Of a stretch of 64,000 bases of DNA, positions 37,811 through 49,531 are shown piece by piece. How positions within the stretch are numbered: the first letter of the stretch is position 1; each line of letters opens with the position of its first letter. The notes beneath the pieces were generated by a model. The model saw nothing but the letters and a program-made list of their open reading frames with translations. It made no database searches and was not told where the DNA came from. This DNA comes from Hormiphora californensis (taxonomy: Eukaryota > Animalia > Ctenophora): the NCBI GenBank assembly GCA_020137815.1, contig CM035362.1, positions 4,216,001 to 4,280,000 of the forward strand, read 5' to 3'. Both the position numbers and the translations under genes were made by a program.

Positions 37811-40800
37811 ATATAAAGTAGTAAGTGGAGAGTGTCCCCCTAAATTCGATAACAACGAGTGATGGGTGTTCCTGTCTCGAGAAGGGAATGTGGTACGATG
37901 GTTCTGGATGTGTGGACGTTAATGAGTGTGACATGTACCACCCCTGTGGAACAGGTAATTAATTAATTAATTGAATCTCCAAAATTAGTTAATTCTCGAA
38001 ATTAGTTAACTATATTTAGTTAACTCGCCAATTTAATTAATTATTTGGATAATCATATCTGATGAGTTGTCGCATCCAATTAACTATCCAATCAACAAAC
38101 TGCATACTGCTGCAGCAGGTTACTGCGTGACAGGTTACTGACTACTGCGTGACAGCCGTAACATGTCACGTGATGACGTAACACGGCACGTGATGACGTA
38201 ACATGTCACGTGATGACGTCACATGTCACGTGATGACGTCACATGTCACGTGATGACGTCACATGACATGTGATGACGTCACAAGTCACGTGATGACGTT
38301 ACATGTCACGTGATGACGTCACAGGTTATCAACTTTCAAACTACCCTCTACTATTCAGGATACTGTGTGAATCTGGTTGGCAGTTATTTCTGTCTGTGTG
38401 AAGGTGGTTTTGAGTTTGACGGATCTACCTGCCAAGATATTAATGAATGTGAAGTAAACCCTGACATATGCCGCACTGGTGAGTTAGTGATAGATCATAG
38501 TTACCATAGTAACCACTCTGTAACCACTCTGTAACCAGGTAACCACTGTGTAACCACAATTTTTTTAACACTCTGTAACCATAGTAACCACTAAAAACCA
38601 TTCCTCACAGGGAAATGCGTGAATACAGAAGGATCATTCACATGTAAATGTACGGATCCCGGTACAACCAACTGTCTGAACACATGTCTTCCAGCGACAG
38701 AGTGTAAACTGTATAACAGCATAAGGAGGATAGCGGGTGTTGTGAGTCGAACTAGACGAGATGCAGGGAATATGGACTATGGAAGCGTTCAAAACTCTGA
38801 ATTGAATAGTGAGGACAGTGAAAATTTAAATTTAGATAGTGAACAAGGGATGGGAGATAGTAAACAAGGGATGGGAGATAGTGAAAACAGTGGGGGATCA
38901 GGGATGGGTGGGAATGATGGGAATGAAAATGGGGGACTGGGAGGAAGCAGCGGTAGCAGTGGTCTTGATGGAAGCAGCGGTAGCAGTGGTCTTGATGGAA
39001 GCAGCGGTAGCAGTGGTCTTGATGGAAGCAGCGGTAGCAGTCGTCTTGATGGAAGCAGCGGTAGCAGTGGTCTTGATGGAAGCAGCGGTAGCAGTGGTCT
39101 TGATGGAAGCAGCGGTAGCAGTGGTCTTGATGGAAGCAGCGGTAGCAGTGGTCTTGATGGAAGCAGCGGTAGCAGTGGTCTTGATGGAAGCAGCGGTAGC
39201 AGTGGTCTTGATGGAAGCAGCGGTAGCAGTGGTCTTGATGGAAGCAGCGGTAGCAGTGGTCTTGATGGAAGCAGCGGTAGCAGTGGTCTTGATGGAAGCA
39301 GCGGTAGCAGTGGTCTTGATGGAAGCAGCGGTAGCAGTGGTCTTGATGGAAGCAGCGGTAGCAGTGGTCTTGATGGAAGGCAGCGGTAGCAGTGGTCTTG
39401 ATGGAAGCAGCGGTAGCAGTGGTCTTGATGGAAGCAGCGGTAGCAGTGGTCTTGATGGAAGCAGCGGTAGCAGTGGTCTTGATGGAAGCAGCGGTAGCAG
39501 TGGTCTTGATGGAAGCAGCGGTAGCAGTGGTCTTGATGAAAGCAGCGGTAGCAGTGGTCTTGATGGAAGCAGCGGTAGCGGTGGTCTTGATGGAAGCAGC
39601 GGTAGCAGTGGTCTTGATGGAAGCAGCGGTAGTGGTGGTCTTGATGGTAGCAGTGGTCTTGATGGAAGCAGCGGTAGCAGTGGTCTTGATGGAAGCAGCG
39701 GTAGTGGTGGTCTTGATGGAAGCAGTGGTAGCAGTGGTCTTGATGGAAGCAGCGGTAGTGGTGGTCTTGATGGTAGCAGCGGTAGCAGTGGTCTTGATGG
39801 AAGCAGCGGTAGCAGTGGTCTTGATGGAAGCAGCGGTAGCAGTGGTCTTGATGGAAGCAGCGGTAGCAGTGGTCTTGATGGAAGCAGCGGTAGCAGTGGT
39901 CTTGATGGAAGCAGCGGTAGCAGTGGTCTTGATGGAAGCAGCGGTAGCAGTGGTCTTGATGGAAGCAGTGGTAGCAGTGGTCTTGATGGAAGCAGCGGTA
40001 GCAGCGGTCTTGATGGAAGCAGCGGTAGCAGTGGTCTTGATGGAAGCCGTGGTAGCAGTGGTCTTGATAGAAGCAGCGGAAGCAGTGGTTCTAGAGCCGG
40101 CGGCCTTGGTGGACTTGGTGGTTCAGGCGGAGTAGGCGGTACCGGAGCCTCAGGTCTTAGCGGACTTGGAGGAAGCGGTGGTACCGGAGCCGGCGGCCTT
40201 GGTGGACTTGGTGGTTCAGGCGGAGTAGGCGGTACCGGAGCCTCAGGTCTTAGCGGACTTGGAGGAAGCGGTGGTACCGGAGCCGGCGGCCTTGGTGGAC
40301 TTGGTGGTTCAGGCGGAGTAGGCGGTACCGGAGCCTCAGGTCTTAGCGGACTTGGAGGAAGCGGTGGTACCGGAGCCGGCGGCCTTGGTGGACTTGGTGG
40401 TTCAGGCGGAGTAGGCGGTACCGGAGCCTCAGGTCTTAGCGGACTTGGAGGAAGCGGTGGTACCGGAGCCGGCGGCCTTGGTGGACTTGGTGGTTCAGGC
40501 GGAGTAGGCGGTACCGGAGCCTCAGGTCTTAGCGGACTTGGAGGAAGCGGTGGTACCGGAGCCGGCGGCCTTGGTGGTTCAGGCGGAGTAGGCGGTACCG
40601 GAGCCTCAGGTCTTAGCGGACTTGGAGGAAGCGGTGGTACCGGAGCCGGCGGCCTTGGTGGACTTGGTGGTTCAGGCGGAGTAGGCGGTACCGGAGCCTC
40701 AGGTCTTAGCGGACTTGGAGGAAGCGGTGGTACCGGAGCCGGCGGCCTTGGTGGACTTGGTGGTTCAGGCGGAGTAGGCGGTACCGGAGCCTCAGGTCTT

Positions 40801-43800
40801 AGCGGACTTGGAGGAAGCGGTGGTGCCGGAGCCGGCGGCCTTGGTGGTTCAGGCGGAGTAGGCGGTACCGGAGCCTCAGGTCTTAGCGGACTTGGAGGAA
40901 GCGGTGGTACCGGAGCCGGCGGCCTTGGTGGACTTGGTGGTTCAGGCGGAGTAGGCGGTACCGGAGCCTCAGGTCTTAGCGGACTTGGAGGAAGCGGTGG
41001 TACCGGAGCCGGCGGCCTTGGTGGACTTGGTGGTTCAGGCGGAGTAGGCGGTACCGGAGCCTCAGGTCTTAGCGGACTTGGAGGAAGCGGTGGTACCGGA
41101 GCCGGCGGCCTTGGTGGACTTGGTGGTTCAGGCGGAGTAGGCGGTACCGGAGCCTCAGGTCTTAGCGGACTTGGAGGAAGCGGTGGTACCGGAGCCGGCG
41201 GCCTTGGTGGACTTGGTGGTTCAGGCGGAGTAGGCGGTACCGGAGCCTCAGGTCTTAGCGGACTTGGAGGAAGCGGTGGTACCGGAGCCGGCGGCCTTGG
41301 TGGACTTGGTGGTTCAGGCGGAGTAGGCGGTACCGGAGCCTCAGGTCTTAGCGGACTTGGAGGAAGCGGTGGTACCGGAGCCGGCGGCCTTGGTGGACTT
41401 GGTGGTTCAGGCGGAGTAGGCGGTACCGGAGCCTCAGGTCTTAGCGGACTTGGAGGAAGCGGTGGTACCGGAGCCGGCGGCCTTGGTGGACTTGGTGGTT
41501 CAGGCGGAGTAGGCGGTACCGGAGCCTCAGGTCTTAGCGGACTTGGAGGAAGCGGTGGTACCGGAGCCGGCGGCCTTGGTGGACTTGGTGGTTCAGGCGG
41601 AGTAGGCGGTACCGGAGCCTCAGGTCTTAGCGGACTTGGAGGAAGCGGTGGTACCGGAGCCGGCGGCCTTGGTGGACTTGGTGGTTCAGGCGGAGTAGGC
41701 GGTACCGGAGCCTCAGGTCTTAGCGGACTTGGAGGAAGCGGTGGTACCGGAGCCGGCGGCCTTGGTGGACTTGGTGGTTCAGGCGGAGTAGGCGGTACCG
41801 GAGCCTCAGGTCTTAGCGGACTTGGAGGAAGCGGTGGTACCGGAGCCGGCGGCCTTGGTGGACTTGGTGGTTCAGGCGGAGTAGGCGGTACCGGAGCCTC
41901 AGGTCTTAGCGGACTTGGAGGAAGCGGTGGTACCGGAGCCGGCGGCCTTGGTGGACTTGGTGGTTCAGGCGGAGTAGGCGGTACCGGAGCCTCAGGTCTT
42001 AGCGGACTTGGAGGAAGCGGTGGTACCGGAGCCGGCGGCCTTGGTGGACTTGGTGGTTCAGGCGGAGTAGGCGGTACCGGAGCCTCAGGTCTTAGCGGAC
42101 TTGGAGGAAGCGGTGGTACCGGAGCCGGCGGCCTTGGTGGACTTGGTGGTTCAGGCGGAGTAGGCGGTACCGGAGCCTCAGGTCTTAGCGGACTTGGAGG
42201 AAGCGGTGGTACCGGAGCCGGCGGCCTTGGTGGACTTGGTGGTTCAGGCGGAGTAGGCGGTACCGGAGCCTCAGGTCTTAGCGGACTTGGAGGAAGCGGT
42301 GGTACCGGAGCCGGCGGCCTTGGTGGACTTGGTGGTTCAGGCGGAGTAGGCGGTACCGGAGCCTCAGGTCTTAGCGGACTTGGAGGAAGCGGTGGTACCG
42401 GAGCCGGCGGCCTTGGTGGACTTGGTGGTTCAGGCGGAGTAGGCGGTACCGGAGCCTCAGGTCTTAGCGGACTTGGAGGAAGCGGTGGTACCGGAGCCGG
42501 CGGCCTTGGTGGACTTGGTGGTTCAGGCGGAGTAGGCGGTACCGGAGCCTCAGGTCTTAGCGGACTTGGAGGAAGCGGTGGTACCGGAGCCGGCGGCCTT
42601 GGTGGACTTGGTGGTTCAGGCGGAGTAGGCGGTACCGGAGCCTCAGGTCTTAGCGGACTTGGAGGAAGCGGTGGTACCGGAGCCGGCGGCCTTGGTGGAC
42701 TTGGTGGTTCAGGCGGAGTAGGCGGTACCGGAGCCTCAGGTCTTAGCGGACTTGGAGGAAGCGGTGGTACCGGAGCCGGCGGCCTTGGTGGACTTGGTGG
42801 TTCAGGCGGAGTAGGCGGTACCGGAGCCTCAGGTCTTAGCGGACTTGGAGGAAGCGGTGGTACCGGAGCCGGCGGCCTTGGTGGACTTGGTGGTTCAGGC
42901 GGAGTAGGCGGTACCGGAGCCTCAGGTCTTAGCGGACTTGGAGGAAGCGGTGGTACCGGAGCCGGCGGCCTTGGTGGACTTGGTGGTTCAGGCGGAGTAG
43001 GCGGTACCGGAGCCTCAGGTCTTAGCGGACTTGGAGGAAGCGGTGGTACCGGAGCCGGCGGCCTTGGTGGACTTGGTGGTTCAGGCGGAGTAGGCGGTAC
43101 CGGAGCCTCAGGTCTTAGCGGACTTGGAGGAAGCGGTGGTACCGGAGCCGGCGGCCTTGGTGGACTTGGTGGTTCAGGCGGAGTAGGCGGTACCGGAGCC
43201 TCAGGTCTTAGCGGACTTGGAGGAAGCGGTGGTACCGGAGCCGGCGGCCTTGGTGGACTTGGTGGTTCAGGCGGAGTAGGCGGTACCGGAGCCTCAGGTC
43301 TTAGCGGACTTGGAGGAAGCGGTGGTACCGGAGCCGGCGGCCTTGGTGGACTTGGTGGTTCAGGCGGAGTAGGCGGTACCGGAGCCTCAGGTCTTAGCGG
43401 ACTTGGAGGAAGCGGTGGTACCGGAGCCGGCGGCCTTGGTGGACTTGGTGGTTCAGGCGGAGTAGGCGGTACCGGAGCCTCAGGTCTTAGCGGACTTGGA
43501 GGAAGCGGTGGTACCGGAGCCGGCGGCCTTGGTGGACTTGGTGGTTCAGGCGGAGTAGGCGGTACCGGAGCCTCAGGTCTTAGCGGACTTGGAGGAAGCG
43601 GTGGTACCGGAGCCGGCGGCCTTGGTGGACTTGGTGGTTCAGGCGGAGTAGGCGGTACCGGAGCCTCAGGTCTTAGCGGACTTGGAGGAAGCGGTGGTAC
43701 CGGAGCCGGCGGCCTTGGTGGACTTGGTGGTTCAGGCGGAGTAGGCGGTACCGGAGCCTCAGGTCTTAGCGGACTTGGAGGAAGCGGTGGTACCGGAGCC

Positions 43801-44349
43801 GGCGGCCTTGGTGGACTTGGTGGTTCAGGCGGAGTAGGCGGTACCGGAGCCTCAGGTCTTAGCGGACTTGGAGGAAGCGGTGGTACCGGAGCCGGCGGCC
43901 TTGGTGGACTTGGTGGTTCAGGCGGAGTAGGCGGTACCGGAGCCTCAGGTCTTAGCGGACTTGGAGGAAGCGGTGGTACCGGAGCCGGCGGCCTTGGTGG
44001 ACTTGGTGGTTCAGGCGGAGTAGGCGGTACCGGAGCCTCAGGTCTTAGCGGACTTGGAGGAAGCGGTGGTACCGGAGCCGGCGGCCTTGGTGGACTTGGT
44101 GGTTCAGGCGGAGTAGGCGGTACCGGAGCCTCAGGTCTTAGCGGACTTGGAGGAAGCGGTGGTACCGGAGCCGGCGGCCTTGGTGGACTTGGTGGTTCAG
44201 GCGGAGTAGGCGGTACCGGAGCCTCAGGTCTTAGCGGACTTGGAGGAAGCGGTGGTACCGGTACCAGCGATTATGGCGATAGTTTTGGGGGTCAAGAGAG
44301 TTGCCAAGTTATGCGTCAGAAATATGTAAATCAATGCGGTATTTTTTAG
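37811..44349 (+). CDS. Calcium-binding EGF-domain protein with furin site and very long Gly/Ser-rich repeat region (5' end not resolved)
   Basis: Exons 37811-37954, 38359-38478, 38611-44349 encode ..[69 protein letters not shown] (cbEGF consensus), then [13 protein letters not shown] repeats and 31-aa Gly-rich repeats. The model needs two single-base corrections (C-run at 37836-37840; extra G at about 39380). Confidence 0.8.
38158..38323. repeat. 20-bp intronic tandem repeat (acatgtcacgtgatgacgtc), about 8 units
   Basis: Direct reading; units contain CACGTG and TGACGT(C/A)A. Confidence 0.9.
38941..40090 (+). repeat. Coding 27-bp tandem array (GSSGSSGLD), about 42 units
   Basis: Unit ggaagcagcggtagcagtggtcttgat. 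Confidence 0.95.
40096..44262 (+). repeat. Coding 93-bp tandem array ([31 protein letters not shown]), about 45 near-identical units
   Basis: Direct reading; two units (about 40561 and 40831) lack one GGL triplet. Confidence 0.95.
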
Positions 44350-44728
44350 TTGATTGTTTGAGGATTTGTATAGTAGTGATTTGATTATTCGTGGATTATC
44401 TGAATTGAGTTAACTTGTGTTGAAATTCAGTTGATTTGTTTTTATCTTATTTCTTTCATGCCTGTATTATTTGATTTTGTAAGATATGGGCTCTGTTATT
44501 TTGCCGGGTTTTTTTTCAAATTGCTTTTGTTGTTTATTTGAATTTCCACTGAAAACAGTATAGCTTTATTTCGTGGTAAGAATTTCTTTTTATTTCATGA
44601 ATTTAATTTTATTTTGAGTTAGATTACGTCTTTGTACGTAAATACCGTTTTGGTGACATTCACACCTACAGTCATCTCCCATGAGTGAGATCGATCACGA
44701 CCGACAATTGGTTCCAATGGATCCAAAA

Positions 44729-44923
44729 TATTCTGAAGAATGAGTTCAGAGCAAGAATTAAATAGGGAAGAAAATCGAAAAATACCTATGGGTTTGGTGG
44801 CTTAGTGGTTTATAGCTCCGAGCATGTCTCTCTGGAGGTCCCTGGTTCAATTCCCGGTCAAACCCAGTATTTTTCGATTTTCTTCCCTATTTAATTCTTG
44901 CTCTGAACTCATTATTCAGAATA
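44729..44923 (+). mobile_element. tRNA-derived sequence (44790-44866) enclosed by about 57-bp inverted repeats
   Basis: A-box TGGCTTAGTGG, B-box GGTTCAATTCC, acceptor stem GGGTTTG/CAAACCC, non-canonical anticodon arm. IR arms 44729-44785 and 44867-44923. Partial related copy at about 57674-57745 (minus). Confidence 0.7.
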
Positions 44924-46691
44924 CTAATCAATCGAGTTCTGCCCGTGTATGTGTGAGATTCCCCATTAAACTGTTGTACAGAGGGCGTGTGTGTGTGTTG
45001 ATCACCAGAAGGAGATATCAAAATTACTTCCCTGGATCCAAAATATATCTATTTGCAGTGTCTAAAATATATCTATTTGCAGTGTTTTGGTTGGAAACTG
45101 ATAAAGCTTATCAACCCAAGAACGTCTTTCTCAAATTTAGGTAAGCGGTAAAGGTTGCAAATTGGCTGTCTGGCGCCGTTACCCATCTGAGCGCACTGTC
45201 GCAATTTGAGAATCAAATGGGGTATGGCGGCGCCATTGGCGCCGCCATACAGCAAATTGGTCAAGAAATGGCCGCTGAGTTATGTCCAAAACCGTTTAAA
45301 ATTCTCAGGAAACGGGTCAACCTTTACCGCTTACCACACATATATGGGCCTCTTTATACTGATGCCATGCCATCCCCTCTTTATATGTTTCACGGGTGAC
45401 GGGCCTCTTACTCTCTGTCACTTCTCCACTACTAGTTAGTAAAGGGTGACAACTAAAAATTGTCCCTAATTCAAAACGGCTGTATAAATTTGTTTCTTTT
45501 GAGATACAGCTTCGGGCTAGTGATAGAACGATTTTTCAGACAATTTTGAATCTAACTGCTGCGTCACTAAGGCCTCTATGAAGCTTTGGATTCTGGGTAT
45601 CTCTTGTCATTGCATGTCTGGCGGCGACTGTCAGAGCATTGGCCTGACCAGTGACCCTATTCGAGAGCTGTATTCAGAGCATTGGCCCGACAGGGCGGAC
45701 AGGGCGGCAACAATCTAATTGGAGCGCAATATCGCGTTTTGAGAATAAAAACGTGGTCTGGCGTTGCCAGACAGATATTTGGGCCTCTCTGGAGTTTGGT
45801 AGATATCTCGATAGCTATGTGGGCCTCAATTAGTCAATTACGGGCATTTGCTCATGAGCTTGAGACCTTGCAAAAGAAGAGTAACCGTTGCTGAATCATT
45901 GCGGAAAAGGAAAACCCCACTATTACCGTAATACTATAGTTTGATTTTTTGAAGTTGTAGCCCTTTCATAGGCACGGATTTGTTAATTTGAGCGCCTATA
46001 CACACGTTAACGTGTGGTGCACGGATCAAAAAGTAAGAAATATCGCAGTCGAACGTTAAGTTGAGTAGCTCCACAAGTCGAACTCGAGGTTTGGGTGACA
46101 ACTTCAAAAATCCGACTTTAGCGATGTTTACAAATTGAAACTCATAAACTTTAACTGTATCGAAATTTCAAACAGCATATGTAAACATAAAATAGGAGTA
46201 AATATTTTCTCTCTCTGATATTTTATATAGCGGGAAACACATTCACAGTGAGCCATTTCGCTACAAATTCACATAACCAGCTGTGTTGAAGCAATAATCA
46301 ACCCAATCCTTCGCCCCACCCCCAATAACATGAACAGTCTTTTGCTTAAATACACACATCTCCCATATATATTCATCTCAAATTTAAAAACCAAAAAAAA
46401 AAAAAAGGGGGGGGGCCGGAATGAAAGGGGGGGGGGGGGGGAAAAAAACCCAAAACCCCGGGGGGGAGGGGGCACCCAAAGCGAACAAACCGGAAGAAAC
46501 GGAAGGAAAAATAAAAAGGAAAAACGCAACAAAAAAGAAAAGAAGAAAAAAAAAAAAGGGGGGGCCCCCCCCCCCCCCCTTTTTTTTTTTCCCCCCCTTT
46601 TTTTTTTTTCCCCCCCCCCCCCATTTTTCCCCCTTTTCCCTTTTCCCCCCCTTTTCTCTCCTCCCCTCTCTCTCTCTCCTCCTCCCCTTTC

Positions 46692-46751
<60 letters not shown>

Positions 46752-47489
46752 CTTTTTTTTTTTTTTTCCCCCCCCTTTTTTTCCCCCCCCCCTTTTTTTC
46801 CCCTCTCTCTCTCCCCTTTTCCCTCCCCCTCTCTCTTCCCCCCTTCTCTAAACAAAAAACACCATAAAAAACCCCCCAAAAATTTTTAAATTTTTCTCCT
46901 GTAAAGACCAAAAGGCCCCGGGTGAATGAGATTTTATTATTTCCTTGACCTCCGCGTAGATTTGCGTAGGGTCCCCCCCCCGCTTTTTACCCCGTTCAAA
47001 AGTGCAAGGATGGGGGTTAATGGATGTTAAGGGGGGGGGGGGGGTTTATGGTAAGTTTGAACCCTCCATAACATTTGGAGCGCAGAGAGAGAGAGGATTA
47101 AAAAAGAAAAAAACGAATTTTTCAGTACTAAAATTCAATTTTAAAAAAGGAGCTTTTGACTATCTATTAGACCTTTCAGCTATCTGAGAGAGAGAGGGTC
47201 GAACGAGGAAAGTTGAGTCAGTGGTATGCGGGGTTAATTTATAATTAAACTAATCAACTAATCAACTAATTAAATTAATTAACAACCTACCGGAAAAGTA
47301 ATGTTTTTAATTGTTTCCAAAGGAGAGCCGCTCAAAATTTTTTCGGCCGTTTAGCGTTTATTTGCGTTCCCGCAGTGAAAGGAGATAGAGGGAGATAAAA
47401 AAGAGAAGATTAGGAGAAGAGAGAGAGGGAGCGGGAAAGAGAGAGAGAGGAGAGAGGAGAGAGAAGAGAGGGGGAAGAGAATGAGCTCG

Positions 47490-49494
47490 TTTTAATACCT
47501 TATTGATCCTGATAAGGGGCGTAAAAAACAAAGATTTATACAATTGTCTTGTCCAAAACCCTTTAATGGGGATACCCCCTCACAATCTAGCACACACATT
47601 TTACCCTGAGAGAGGGAGGGATTGAGGTTGGGGTTCTCATTTGTAGTGGTTGGGACTTGAGGGTATTAGATAAGCGATAACTGATCGAAACTGCCAGACC
47701 GATTACTAATGATAATTGCCAGACCAGCTGTACAACTACAGAGGGGGTATTATTCCACATACCGATTCGGCGACATCACGAACACTGGCCACACTCGTTC
47801 CATAAAGATTGTTATTAAACTGCCCCGCCTCTATAAACAAATGATTCTGAATGTCCCTCTCCATCTCAGATCGGCAACTAACAAAATAGTAATCTCTTCC
47901 GTGAACTTCGTGTTCTCTTTTCTCACGGGTTGTGTCTGGTCAGAGAGAGTTAGAATTAGGGAAGAGGAATAGAGATATACAATACAGCGTGATCCGAAAC
48001 GTATACATTGCCATGTATACATTTGTTTGTTGTGCGCGAGTCTGTGTGTACACAGTTCTGAGTACATGCGCGCCAAGAACCCTCCCCAAAAACCACCGCG
48101 CGCTACTGTCAGTGCTAGTCGAATAAGTAACATTGCAAAATTGTCCCAATACACAGAGATCGAGAGATTGACTCACGAGGAACACAGCTTCCAAATTTGT
48201 CTGGGAATTCTTGCATTAAATCGTCGTTAACTCGATCTTTTAGAGGTCCCAGAATTATCACAGGTCTCATGTACTTAACTGAAAAGGGAAAAGTAAACCC
48301 AAAATAAGAATAAAGGGTGAAAGTTATTAGTTAGAGCGACAATTTTAATTTTCTAACTTCCCTCAGAAGGCTTTGAGAGACACTTGGCTTTTGACGTACC
48401 AAAATCCGGACGCATTTATTAAGCTAATTCGAGAAATAATATCCAGAAATAATATGGAGAAAGAAAGGGATAAAGAGAAAGAAAGAGAAAGAAAGATAGA
48501 AAGAGATAAAAAGAAAGAGAAGAAAGAAAGAAAGAAGAAAGATAGAAAGCTCCACTTACTCCAAGTCTGTATAACAGGTTCGTTTTCACACTCCCCACTG
48601 ACCTTAAATACTGCTCATCTCATTCCCCTCTTCGAGCTAAGTAGGAAGTTCCCGCCCGGGTTTCCCTTTGATTTCTCCTTCTTTTCCACTCTGGAATGAT
48701 TGGGCGGGTTAATTAGGGGGCTACTCAGGGTAATTGGGGGTACTTCAGGAAAGGGGGAAATTTCTAGATCCAACTTTCAATAAACAATTGCACTCCGCGA
48801 TACAAAACCCCACAATAATGGGATAAAGTTTTTTAAAGATCTTCTATAAGATTTTGAGACTTCTTTGAAGATAAAAAACTTTTTCATGGATCGAGGGCTT
48901 TTTTTTGGTTTTAATTTACCTTTTTTTGCTGGTATTACCCCCGTCCTTTCCCCATTCCTCATTCAAAACTCGTCTACCTCCACCCCCCTCTCTCACTTTC
49001 ATTTTTCTGAAAATTTTGGGGGAATTTAAAATGTTTAGTACTAAGTGTCTAAAATTTATTTTATTAGGCCGATGTTTGGGAAAAAAAAAGTTTATTAAGA
49101 AATAATTTAGGGTTGACAGTTTATCTAATGAGGGGGGGGGGTTGTCAGGGGATATTTAAACATGTACAATGTATTTTTTAGACGAACATACCACGGTGAC
49201 GTCAATAAAAAATGAAAACCCTAAAAACCAATACCCCGTGAAGATAAACCCGTGCCCGGGAAAATCAGCCTGGGCCCGGGAATCTGGGTCTTTATTCGGT
49301 CCCTAGTCAAAAAAGGGCCCGGAATAGAGGCTCTTTTTTTAGGTGGTCGGGGGTGTTCCCGTGTGAAGATTTGTTGTTTTTAACCCTATATTTTGAGAGG
49401 TTTTGAGCAAGGGATATCAGATCTTGAGGAGATGAAAAATATGTAATATGAGATTTTAAATGGGATTTAGGATGGAAAAAAATATTGAAGTGCG

Positions 49495-49531
<37 letters not shown>

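Noticed and set aside
38839-39380. MEAAVAVVL hydrophobic repeat at the N-terminus of the 1836-aa ORF
   Set aside because: Wrong frame of the GSSGSSGLD array, joined by the extra G; the EGF exons splice into the Gly/Ser frame.
44790-44866. Functional tRNA gene
   Set aside because: Anticodon arm non-canonical, T-stem mismatch, related degenerate copy elsewhere.
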